A DNA stretch of 64,000 nt, taken from contig OZ024743.1 of the NCBI GenBank assembly GCA_964016885.1, positions 222,828,001 through 222,892,000 of the forward strand, given 5' to 3'. The stretch comes from Eledone cirrhosa. Its lineage: Eukaryota. The position numbers were made by a program, and so were the translations under genes. The notes below the pieces were generated by a model. That model was not told the DNA's origin. It made no database searches and saw only the letters and a program-made list of their open reading frames with translations. Below are positions 1-11,740 of the stretch, piece after piece; positions within the stretch are counted from its first letter, which is position 1, and each line of letters begins with the position of its first letter.

Positions 1-415
1 TGCACCTCTGAGGTGTGCGCCCTTTAGGGCTGCCTAGTTAGCCTTAATGGTAACGCCAGCCCTGCACAACTAGCTACTGTAAGCACCAACAACAGTACAA
101 CAATATTTTCTCTTCAATATTCATTTAAATTTAACACTTCCATTATCATATTTCTAATGAAAAACGCAGCCTAGAATTTTCAAAAAATTGTGAAAATAAG
201 CAAAATTTGGAGGAATTTAATAATATAACTAACTTTCTTATTAAGTTGGTGTTTAGAACATAACTTATTAATGGTTTAGTAGTAGTCATAGTAGTAGTAA
301 AGTAACAATGTTGGTGGTGCTCTATGACATTCCTACAATTTGGCATGGGTGGTGCACATAGAAACACTGCAGTAATGCATTCTTTATACTTTAACAATGA
401 CACACAATATCTGAA

Positions 416-519
416 TAGAGAGAGAGAGAGAGAGAGTGTGTGAGTGTGTGAGTGTGTGAGTGTGTGAGTGTGTGAGTGTGTGAGTGTGTGAGTGTGTGAG
501 TGTGTGAGTGAGTGAGTGT
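416..519. repeat. (AG)n / (AGTGTGTG)n microsatellite
   Basis: Directly visible simple repeat. Confidence 0.95.
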
Positions 520-581
520 ATACATAGATGATATTTGAATATCTATGTATGTAAACCTATGCACATGTGTGCAATATGGTT

Positions 582-1923
582 CACCACCGCCACCACTCCT
601 ACCACCACCACTGATACCACCACAAACACACCTACCACACCAATGCTGCTACCACCACATACAGCACATACACCACCACCACCACTGCTGCTGCCACCAC
701 ATACAGCACATACACCACCACCACCACTGCTGCTGCCACCACATACCACTACCACCACCCCCACTACTGCCACCACATCACCACTACTGCCACCACATAC
801 CACTACCACCACCCCCACTACTGCCACCACATCACCACTACCACCACTGCCACCACATACCACTACCACCACCCCCACCACATACCACTACCACCACCCC
901 CACTACTGCCACCACATCACCACTGCCACCACATACCACTACCACCACCCCCACTACTGCCACCACATCACCACTACCACCACCACTGCTGCCAGCACAT
1001 ACACCACTACCACCACCACCACCACTGCTGCCACCACCACTGCCGCCACCACCACTGTTGCCACCACATACACCACTACCATCACTGCTACCAGCACATA
1101 CACCACCACCACCACCACTGCTGCTGCCACCACTATCACCACCCCCACTGTTGCCACCACATACACCACTACCACCACTGCTACCAGCACATACACCACC
1201 ACCACCACCACTGCTGCCACCACTATCACCACCCCCACTGCTACCAGCACATACACCACTACCACCCCCACTGTTGCCACCACATACACCACTACCACCA
1301 CCACCACCACTGCTGCCACCACATACACCACTGCTACCAGCACATACACCACCACCACCACTGCTGCCACCACTATCACCACCCCCACTGCTACCAGCAC
1401 ATACACCACCACCACCACCACTGCTGCCACCACTATCACCACCCCCACTGCTACCAGCACATACACCACCACCACCACCACTGCTGCCACCACTATCACC
1501 ACCCCCACTGCTACCAGCACATACACCACCACCACCCCCACTGTTGCCACCACATACACCACTACCACCACCACCACCACTGCTGCCACCACATACACCA
1601 CTACCACCACTGCTACCAGCACATACACCACCACCACTGCTGCCACCACTATCACCACCCCCACTGCTGCCACCACATACACCACTACCACCACTGCTAC
1701 CAGCACATACACCACCACCACTGCTGCCACCACATACACCACTACCACCACTGCTACCAGCACATACACCACCACCACCACCACCACTGCTGCCACCACA
1801 TACACCACCACCACCACCACCACTGCTGCCACCACTATCACCACCCCCACTGTTGCCACCACATACACCACTACCACCACCACCACTATCACCACATACA
1901 CCACCACTACCACCACCACCACC
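582..1923. repeat. ACC-rich trinucleotide-based low-complexity tandem array
   Basis: Reiterated ACC/ACT/GCC motifs; open in several frames on both strands (Thr-, Pro- and Val-rich ORFs), as expected of a stop-poor simple repeat. Confidence 0.9.
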
Positions 1924-2689
1924 GTCACACTTTAGTTAAATCTTAAGCAAGGGTGGAGGAATCAGAAGTTATTCAATATGAGAAAACTACAGGAAACTAA
2001 AGTTATAAAGCTAAAACATTGGGTGTGGTTTTATGTAGTTTTGTGTAGACAAATAGAAGTTATGGTAGGAAATATTGAGAGTTACATAGTAAACTGTGGT
2101 GGTAGTGGTGGATGATGGGCATTTGGGTAACTTTAATGTTCTCAGGGAGATTCAGTGTGACACTACATGTGTGGTTTTGTGTGCGAAGAGTAAATAGACA
2201 CAAATAGAAGTTATGGTGGAAAACATTGAGAGTAAACTGTGGGTGATGGTGGTGGTGGTGGATGGGCAGAGGTGGATGGTGGGTGGGCATTTCTGTAGCT
2301 TTAACATTCTCAGGGAGATTCAGTGTAACACTACAGTGTGTGTGCGTGTGTGCGTGTTGGATCTCTGTCAATTGCGGTGATGAGCAATTAGTAAACTGGA
2401 GGGTGGTGGACATTTCTGTAGCTTTAACATGTTCTCAGGAAGATTCGGTGTAATACCACGTGTGTGTGTGTGTGTGTGTATGTATGTAGGAGAGAGAGCG
2501 AGAGAGAGCGCGCGCGTGCGTGCGTGCATGCATGCATGTGATCTCTGTCAATTCCAATGGCGAGTGTGCTGGTTGTTTGGCCAAAGGAACAGCTTGCTCA
2601 TAGAATTAATAGTGGCTGAGTATTCCACAGACACATATACTCATATAGTTTTCAGGGTGATTCAGTACGACAAGGGGTAACAAGGCAGA

Positions 2690-2845
2690 CCCTATAAATA
2701 ACATGCACAACCCATTTTTGTCAGCTGAGTAGACTGGAGCAATGTGAAATAAAATGTCTCGTTTAAGGGCAACGCACTGCTTGGAATTGAACGCACAGAC
2801 TTACAGTCATGAGATAACCACCTCCTAACCACTAAACAATTCGCC
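2690..2845 (-). mobile_element. CORE-like tRNA-derived SINE (family B), degenerate
   Basis: Reverse complement of the family B body (cagctgagtagactggagcaatgtgaaataaa...); compare 56266-56610. Confidence 0.7.
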
Positions 2846-3394
2846 TTTACAAGAATATGTGCGTGCACGCACACACAATCTCATCAGTTTACATTATCAC
2901 ATTTCTAATGAAAACAACTACCTATGATTTTCAAATAGTTTTGAAAATAATCAAGAATTTACTGGAGTATAACTTAGAGGTTCTTGTATAAAATTATGAT
3001 GGAAGGTTTTTGGATAAAAGTGAACATTTTTAATTAAACAGCTTTGAATTATAGAACCAGGGGCAGTTTCAGGTAGTTTGTTATTATTAAGAGTTAAAAT
3101 CCACTTTTCCATGGGTTGGATGAGACTTTTTGGTGATATCACACACGCACGCATTCTTTGCAGTTTCCATCTACCAAAGTCATGATCAGCCCAAAGCTAT
3201 AGTAAAAGACACTTGCCCTTCTTGGGAATGAGACACATTGTAGCGTGTTTATATTCCTGCAGAAAGGAACAGATTTGAAAAGATTGGTAAATATAGAAGC
3301 AAACTGTATGCAAGGTGGTGAGTCTGGTGTGTGCAGTGTAAGGCTGAAGGTAAAGTCAGCCCAAGTGATCTGAAAGAATCACTAGGTACAAGAA

Positions 3395-3575
3395 GAATCA
3401 GATGTAGTGTGTAAGAGAGATGACTAAGCTGGTAAGGACATGTGATGCCAATGGAAGATGACAGTTGGGTAAAGAAGTGCCAGGTGATTTAAGTGGAAGA
3501 TTGAAGAAATTATGAAGAGGTGAGGACTGATGTGAAGAAGCTAAACCTCACTAAGAGAATGATAAAGGACTACAA
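3395..3575 (+). pseudogene. Degenerate RTE LINE C-terminal remnant
   Basis: ggacatgtgatgccaatggaagatgacagttgggtaaagaagtgc resembles the [15 protein letters not shown] region of the 31.6-34.1 kb RTE. Confidence 0.65.
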
Positions 3576-4599
3576 TATGCTCACCTTACTTCATTCCACC
3601 TTTCACACATTTAATACCTATGTTTTGTTATGATGTAACACGACAAATTCTATGCAATCATCATACAATTTCCCCTTCCAGAGAGAGAGAGAGAGAGAGC
3701 GAGAGAGCGAGAGAGCGAGAGAGCGAGAGAGCGAGAGAGCGAGAATTCTCGTTTGCCAGCAGAATTAATAGCATGCTGAATTTTTTTCCACCCTGTTCTT
3801 ACTCCTATGATTTCACAGCAGTCTTCCTCTTCTTAGTGAGTCAGCTATAGAAGTTCTTAGCAGTCATTGACCTAGTGTCAGTATTTGATGGGTTACCAAA
3901 CTCTGCTGTCAGGCAGTCACGAAGAAGCCTGTGTAGATGAATGGTTTGTGAAAGTCATGCAACCCATGTACAGTAAGCTGTTAGCAACTAGTTCAATGAG
4001 GAATTTAACATGCAGGTAGGCAGTACATCTCAATTCCCCAAGTCATAAAAAAGGAGTTTAAGACAAGCTTCCTGTGGGAACTTTTGTATACCATTGACCT
4101 AATTAAAGAATTAGGAAATAAATTTCCACCATGAAACATTGAATCAAGATCTCAAAATAAGCCTAACAAAGATCAAAGTCTTAAACCTAGCAGAGATCAA
4201 GGTATTGGTTAATAAAACAGAAGATAGGAATCTACTACCAAGTAGGAATTGGCCCTAATTGATATGTAAAAAAGTAGTAGGTAAACATTCCATACAGTAA
4301 CTATCCATTTATTGGCCCTTAACTCCTGGTGGAGTCATAGGGATGCAGCTTTGGGCATTTAAACCTGGCAGAGCCCATTTTTCTCTAGCTTTGAGTAAAG
4401 TCAATTTCTTCTAGAGAAAGAGAGGGAGAAAGGGAAAAGAAAAAAGATATAAAGGAAGAATTAAGCCCCAGTACTGAACTGGTACTTTATCAATGCCAAA
4501 AGGGTGAAAGGCAAAGTTAACCTCAGAGCCAGAACAAATACTGCAAAGCATTTTGTCTGATGTTCTAACACCTCTACCAATTCACCACCTTACATACCA

Positions 4600-5700
4600 T
4601 ATAGCCAGGTGCATGAGAGATGTAGTGGGATTACAGGCAGGCTGAGAGAGATGATAGACTTCCTATGTAGGAGATGCACAGTAGTAGTTAGTCATAAGAA
4701 CACCAACAAAATAAATTCTTTCAAATGTTCATAGGGCTCCCAAGAACTAGTTGATTGCTTTGTTGTTTATCATGTATACTTGAATGTAAGCCGACCCCTT
4801 ATTTTATGCCTGAGAAATGGCAAAAATCAAGCCCTGATTATAAACCGAGGCAACTAATCAACACATTATGTTTAGATGGCATGGTTTTGAAATTGTCATG
4901 ATTTATATGATGTTCTAATATTTTGATATTTAAAATGTTTTAAGTATCATTTGGAGAATAACTTTTGTTTCACAACTATTACATAATGGTTTTTTTACCG
5001 ATTTCCAACGGTTTTGAAGACCCTATTCATTCAAAACACATAAAAAATAGAAATTTCACCTCCAAATTGAAACTAGGGTAATATTCACCTCCAAAGGGAA
5101 AATATTTTATCACCTCATTTACATAGAATTTGAAGTTGGTGAAAATCAGCAAAATATTGACCTTGAATATAAGCTGACTCAATTTTATCACATTTTTTTG
5201 TCACATATTTCTCAGCTTATATAAGAGTATATACAGTAGGTGCCTTAATTAGCAGTAAAGGAGAATATTGAAAACCCAGCTGCTTGAATAAGAACAGGAT
5301 GGAATAAGCTATTATCTCTGCTAGCAACAAAGGAATACTCTCTCCAACTAAAGGATTGTATGATGTTTATTTATTAAGTACAATGTTACTCGACAGCAAA
5401 GAATTAGCAGTGTATATAGAAGGTGTGCTTAGGTTGGAAGGAATTGAGATGAGCATGTTCTACTGGATGTGACTTATTAGTGTGCATAAATGATGGAACA
5501 CAAATGAACTGAATAAAAGAGGAATTAGTTATAGTGTTCTAGAGAGAAGACTGTGCTGGTACAGAGATATGGCGCATAGAGGATGACAGTTGGGTAAAGA
5601 AGTACCAAGGAATTCAAGTAGAAGGAATTGAAGAAGAGGAAAATTAAGGCATGGGAAGAATTGGAGAAGCTCCGACTGAATTTTAGGAAGAGTGACGAAG
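4600..5700 (+). pseudogene. Degenerate RTE LINE remnant interrupted by a DNA MITE
   Basis: Decayed match to the WVHKRCSGI...[14 protein letters not shown]...LRWYG region of the RTE ORF, split at a TA by the 4770-5236 element. Confidence 0.7.
4770..5236. mobile_element. Non-autonomous pogo/Tc1-mariner-type MITE
   Basis: Imperfect TIRs (tcatgtatacttgaatgtaagc ... gcttatataagagtatatacag) with TA on both sides; a second copy lies in reverse at ~55710-56016. Confidence 0.75.
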
Positions 5701-5932
5701 AGAGAGAGCAAATACATGCATGCAATGATATAAACATTCCAAGAGCAGAGCGAATGTCAATAACGGTGAAACAAGTGTTTATGTGCTGTGATGAAATCAG
5801 TGGAAGTCACTTTCTCATAAACATGACATAGCATCAGAGAGAGGGAGAGATAGAATGGAAAAGGAATAGCAATGGAGAGAGTGGGATACAGAGAGAATGA
5901 GAGAGCATGAAAACTAGGCAGATAGAGAAAAT

Positions 5933-6150
5933 AATTGTTTCTACTTTAGGCACAAGGCCAGCAATTTTGGGGGAGGGAAAAGTCGATTAAATTGACCCCA
6001 GTGCATGACTGGTACTTTATTTTATCAACCGTGTAAGGATGAAAGGCAAAGCTAACCTCGGCGGGATTTGAAATCAGAACGTAAAGTACCATAACTATGC
6101 TGCAAAGCATGGTGTCTGGTGTTCTACTGATTCACCCAATCCACTGTCCT
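5933..6150 (-). mobile_element. tRNA-derived SINE family A (Deu/Nin-domain-like)
   Basis: Reverse complement of A box tggcagtatcggt, B box gagttcaaatcc and the gcctttcatccttacggggtcgataaaataaagtacc central motif. Confidence 0.85.
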
Positions 6151-6539
6151 TGATAGATGGAAAGGAATAATGAGTAGGAAAGAAAACCAGAGAAAAAAAA
6201 GAAGAAAAAAAACAAGGCAGGGCAGGGGCAAACTGTAGAAGGATAAATTTACAGGGTTAAAGAGAGGGTGGGAATGAAGCACAGTGAGAATAAGTCTTAA
6301 ATTTTATAACAGAAGTAAATGTTATTAATAGAATAAAATTGTAAATTCCTTTTGGAAAACTATTTTCTTCAGCCTGCGGCATTTGAGGTGTTTGTGTGGA
6401 GTGAGCCCCTGGTGACAAGGTTCTTGTCATTGTTGGTGGCTCCATTGTTTTCTTTCTTTTTTGTTCCATTTAATAGTGTTTTGTATATAAACAGCTTTAT
6501 AAAATAATATTAAAGGGAAAGAATAAATGGTGGCAGAGA

Positions 6540-7142
6540 GTGGCAATAGAAAGAGAGAGAAATAGAGAAAGACAAATACAAAGAGGGAAGGAGAGAAAAG
6601 AGATATAGTGGAGAAAGAGAGATAGGAGAGAGGGGTGAGAAAGAGAGATAGGAGAGAGGGGTGAGAAAGAGAGATAGGAGAGAGGGGTGAGAAAGAGAGG
6701 GTGTGGAAGAAAGAGAGGGTGTGGAAGAAAGAGAGGGTGTGTAAGAAAGAAAGAGTGTGGAAGAAAGAAAGAGTGTGGAAGAAAGAGAGAGTGTGAGAGA
6801 AAGAGAGAGGAGGAGAGAGTGTGTGAGAGAAAGACAGAGGGGGAGAGAGTGTGTGAGAGAAAGACAGAGGGGGAGAGAGAGGGGAGAGAAAGAGGAGAGA
6901 GAGGGGAGAGAAAGAGGAGAGAGAGGGGAGAGAAAGAGGAGAGAGAGGGGAGAGAAAGAGGAGAGAGAGGGGAGAGAAAGAGGAGAGAGAGGGGAGAGAA
7001 AGAGAGGGGAAAGAAAGAAAGAAAGATGGGAGGGAGGGCGAAAGAAAGAAAGAAAGAAAGGGAGGGAGAAAGAAAGAATATAAAGTGAAGGATGAAGAGA
7101 GAAAAGAGGAATAAAATAAGATTAAAGAGATAGGGGGGGGGG
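6540..7142. repeat. GA-rich purine low-complexity tract with short tandem units
   Basis: Directly visible. Confidence 0.9.
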
Positions 7143-7527
7143 GCAGAGACGGAAGTCTGCAGGAAGCAACAAGATGTAGAAAAAAATAAACGCCAGTGAG
7201 TTTCTGAGAAGACGTTTTGCAACGAAGCAGTATTTCTTGAAGTTTTAACCACAAGGGAAATAGCGAAGGTGGGGGAGGGATAATGAAAGCTAGCTAAAAT
7301 TGATAGCTACTGTTTCAGTATTTTAAGACCAGTTTATCGACTATTAAGTGCGAGCGAGCGTGTCTATATATTCTTTAACTCTCGAATACAACTCAACACG
7401 AGACAGGCCTCGTAACACCATAGTGTGTTTGGAACGGTGAACCGCCAGCAACTATAGTTACACACTTAGTTGGTATCCTTAAGAAGCAGAGTGTTAATAA
7501 TAATAATAATAGTAATAATAATAATGA

Positions 7528-7735
7528 TAATTTCTACTATGGGGACAAGTCAGCAATTTGGGGAGGAGGGTAAAGTCGATTAAATCGACCTGAGTGCGTT
7601 ACTGGTACTTTATTTTATTGACCTCGTAAGGATGAAAGGCAAAGTTTACCTCGGCGGGATTTGAACTCAGAACGTAAAGGACCGTAACTATGCTGCAAAG
7701 CATATTGTCCGACGCTCTACTGATACTGCCAATCC
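7528..7735 (-). mobile_element. SINE family A
   Basis: Near full-length reverse copy. Confidence 0.85.
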
Positions 7736-7971
7736 AAGGAGCAGGAACGAAGTATCAATATAATATCATGTTTGTTTATTTACATATGACCCGCGTTTCG
7801 CGATCCCTCGACTCAAGGTACAGTCGGTATTGATTGCGCCCGATTCTGCTAACGATAAAGAATCCACAAGTCTAATGATATCAATTGCAGAGCGGACGCG
7901 ATCAATAACGATCGTACTTTGAACTGATCGATCGTAAAATGCGCGTCACAATGCTATATTGATACCTCGTT

Positions 7972-8278
7972 GGCGGTGGATTGGCAGTATCGGTAGAGGG
8001 TCGGACGCCATGCTTTGACGCATAGAGTTACGGTCCTTGCCATTCTGAGTTCAAATCCCGCCGAGGTTTACTTTGCCTTTCATCCTTACGGGGTTGATAA
8101 AGTAAAGTACCAGTAATGTACTGGGGTAATTGGTGGCCTTGTGCCAAAAGTAGAAAATTATTTATATATGAAAATCCCTCCGAGGTTAACTTTGCTTTTC
8201 ATCCTTACGGGGTCGATAAAATAAAGCACTAGTAATGCAATAAGGTAATTGGTGGCCTTGTGCCAAAAGTAGAAACAT
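7972..8278 (+). mobile_element. SINE family A, full copy plus partial tandem copy
   Basis: A box, B box, central motif and ggccttgtgccaaaagtagaaa tail; 3' half repeated. Confidence 0.85.
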
Positions 8279-8945
8279 TTATATATATACGCGCGCACAT
8301 AACATTACAAATTGCTTACAATTCTTTCAGAATAACAATATGATGTTGATAAGCACAAATATAAACGTATATAACAAATACATTAACTATTGCTAGGAAC
8401 TTCACAAAAACAACGTACCAAATATATAATGTGAACAGTTTTTCTTTTAGAAAAATATTATAAAGACATAACTATGTGGAGTTTTGACTTCTTTTTATAA
8501 GGGTTTTCTCGTATTTCCTTATGAGTAAACAATGCAGATCGTTTGCAACAACAAAGTTCCTAACTTGATATTCTAACGTTTCTAAACCTTCAGTCTTATC
8601 AAGATGTAGAGTAGTATTGTCTTTTTTCTTTTTTTACTAGTTTTTTTTTTTATTTAGTTTTTTTTTTTTATTGTAGACAAATACGAGTTATTAAATTTTA
8701 TGAAATTTTCATCGCCAATATTTGTATTGGTTTTATTACAGGAATTTGACGTTTGACCGAGAGAGGGGGGAAGCAGAGAAGACGGACATTAAATGGTGTA
8801 TGTCACAGTGAAACGTCAAATTCCGGACAATTATATATATATATGCATCTAGTACGCTGATTTGTGGTCTTCCAACCGCAGGCAATCTATATATATATGT
8901 ACATACGATATTAACAAATGGAAACTATATTTATAAAACCATATT

Positions 8946-9010
8946 TATTTCATTATACATATTTCAAGGACACCAAGTTAAATTATGGTGTGCTTTCATC
9001 AGATAAAATA
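8946..9010 (-). ncRNA. Type I hammerhead ribozyme motif (minimal stem III, Penelope-type)
   Basis: Minus strand reads tattttat-CTGATGA-aagcacacca..tggtgtcctt-GAAA-T-atgt-ATA-atgaaata: 8-bp stem I (one G.U) and 10-position stem II with one C.C mismatch. Confidence 0.75.
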
Positions 9011-9085
9011 TAATATAGAGCAGTTTTATAGATAAATATTGACATACCCTTAAAGAATGCAACCATTACTGTTGGAAGCTCCCAG

Positions 9086-10379
9086 GGGTAGGTCCTGAGA
9101 GTAATAACATACGTTTAAATAGCTTGACAAATTGAAAATTGCGGTAGGCAAAACCCAACCATACAATACCAAAGCAACGAAAGAACTAATCAGGTTAAAA
9201 CAAGATATATATATATATTCGTTTTATTAAGGCTACATTGTGATGCTTGTTACCCTGGAGTTTCACCTACTTCTCACAATTTAGCCTTAATAAAATGAAT
9301 ATTTAAATTCTATATATGTACATATACATATTTGTGTATATGTATGTATATACATATATTTGTATACACACATGTATACAGACACTTTTGTATATTTACA
9401 CATACATATACAAACGCACATACATAATATAAGTTATAGTACATTTAAAAAAACCTGTTCATATATGTGTATGTATGAATGTGTATATGTATGTTCAAAC
9501 ATACACATGAAAATGTTACAATCTTCATGTAATATTTATAAGGTTCCTAGCAATAATTAAATTATATATGTATGTACTTCTATTTAATTTTATATATTTG
9601 TTATACGATACAACATGCACCATAAAAAATACATGAGTGGGTTTTGTGTTGAAAGTGACTTTACGCACTAATGCACACACACACACACGTACGCTTGCGT
9701 GTGTGTGTGTGTGCGCACGTGTCATAACATTATAACTATGAAAATATCGGTTGTTGCATGCTATTGCAGACGACAAATATATACATATACAGGATCTCCC
9801 CACAAAATGTATACACACTTCAATAGTGTATATACATTTGGGGGGGGGGGACACCTTGTATATACAGGGTGTCCCAAAATACTGTATACATATATTTATA
9901 GATAGATGGATAGCTAGATATTCCCGAGGTCTGTTGGAAGGTGACCATTCAATACATTGGTTGAGTATAGGCGTCTTTATTATATATAGAAATGACTTCT
10001 ACAGGACTAGAACTGTTTCATTCGTATGAAATCATCAGGATATCCCTGATTTCTATATATAATAAAGATATACAAGTGGAAGCTTAGTAAAAATCGAAGC
10101 TTTGGTTCTGGCCAAGCAAAGTCAACCTACAATAAGGAATGAGTAGCAAAGCACTCAATAAGGGTAGGTCCTGAGAGTAATAACATACGTTTAAATAGCT
10201 TGACAAATTGAAAATTGCGGTAGGCAAAACCCAACCATACAATACCAAAGCAACGAAAGAACTAATCAGGTTAAAACAAGATATATATATATTCGTTTTA
10301 TTAAGGCTACATTGTTACCCTGGAGTTTCACCTACTTCTCACAATTTAGCCTTAAAAAAAATGAATATTTAAATTCTAT
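9086..10379 (+). repeat. ~220-bp direct repeat pair (9086-9313 and 10162-10379), possibly Penelope pseudo-LTRs
   Basis: Near-identical copies; copy 2 continues into the ttcggtattgagtactctt terminal motif also seen at 23543-23580. Confidence 0.75.
9789..9890. mobile_element. Tc1/mariner-type mini-MITE remnants
   Basis: Similar to the 77-bp element at 17400-17476 (cagggtgtcccaaaa...tgtatacacacttcaa). Confidence 0.6.
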
Positions 10380-10441
10380 TTCGGTATTGAGTACTCTTTT
10401 CTCTTAGCCATCAACTACGTACGGATATATACATGGAAATG

Positions 10442-10501
<60 letters not shown>

Positions 10502-10565
10502 GTTACTGACATTGCTCTCTGTTGTTCCTCTTCACAACATTAGACCCAGCGGTCTCTTGGGTAAG

Positions 10566-10722
10566 TGTCATGTACCTCAACCTCAGGTCAACCTGTGTCA
10601 TGTACCTCAACCTCAGGTCAACCTGTGTCATGTACCTCAACCTCAGGTCAACCTGTGTCATGTACCTCAACCTCAGGTCAACCTGCGTCATGTACCTCAA
10701 CCTCAGGTCAACCTGCGTCATG
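10566..10722. repeat. 30-bp minisatellite, ~5 copies, inside a SINE-like dispersed repeat
   Basis: Unit gtcatgtacctcaacctcaggtcaacctgt; the downstream 10820-10880 sequence matches 2590-2640 in reverse. Confidence 0.9.
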
Positions 10723-11504
10723 TGTGGAAAATTGGGTAAACAGAGGCCGTTTAGAATCCAACAGATGGACTGTACCCTGCTATACAATGGGATTGGCTTG
10801 TCGCAGTGTCACACTGATTCCCCTTAGAATTACGTTAAGGTTACACGTGTCTGTGGAATGCTCAGCCACTTATTAATTTCATGGATCACTCATCGTCGAA
10901 ACCGATGGAAGTCTAGGACACATTTTATATATATATATATATACACACACACATACATACACACGCACATACAAATATACACATATATATCACACACACG
11001 CATACAGACAGTGTTATACATACACACATGCATACATACAGGAATTCACATTGTTTTAAGCTTTCATACCACAATATTTCCTAATTCAGTAAAAATATTG
11101 ACGAGGAGAGAGTCGTCAGTCGGCTTCAGTTTGCATGCTGCAAACAAGAACAGAGAAAACTGATTTATCTTGTAAAGAAAAATATGCCACACCCATTTAT
11201 TTCTTCTTAAAAGACGAGCAAAGAATCAACACTGTCAGGGGAAATGGTGAAAACAATATTTTAACCGTAACACTATGTAATTTAACCGTTTATAATTCCC
11301 TTGACTGTCTCACTTTCTTAGATATTTTAGTAGCCTGAAAACGTTTTAGAAAAATTGGTGCATTCCAATATGTTTTAGAAGAGGAAATAGGATAAACAAA
11401 CAGACTAATAGAAACATCTGTAACTGCATCTTACAACAGATTTATCGCCGTAATACCTCGATAGAGGAAGAACAGAAGAAAAAACAACAAAACCTTCATA
11501 TCTT

Positions 11505-11740
11505 TTTTTTTCTTATATATATATATAATAAAAAAAAAAGATTATATATATATATATATAAAATAAAAAAAAATCATATATATATATAAGAAAAAAAAAA
11601 GATCATATATATATATATATATATATATATAAGAAGAAAAAAAGATCATATATATATATATATATAAGAAAAAAAAAAGATCATATATATATATATATAT
11701 AAGAAAAAAAAAAGATCATATATATATATATATAAGAAAG
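11505..11740. repeat. Compound A-tract/(AT)n tandem repeat
   Basis: aagaaaaaaaaagatcatatatatat units. Confidence 0.85.

Noticed and set aside
535-1939. Long Thr-rich (mucin-like) and Pro-rich ORFs
   Set aside because: The ACC-based simple repeat is open in multiple frames on both strands, with no signal peptide, domain or splice evidence.
6427-7254. Ser/Leu/Phe- and Arg/Glu-rich ORFs
   Set aside because: Translations of GA/CT low-complexity sequence.
8742-8826. Short inverted repeat with GAAACGTC (also partial cores at ~7790, 8575, 43075 and 44098)
   Set aside because: The CUGANGA box is missing or too decayed to call a ribozyme.
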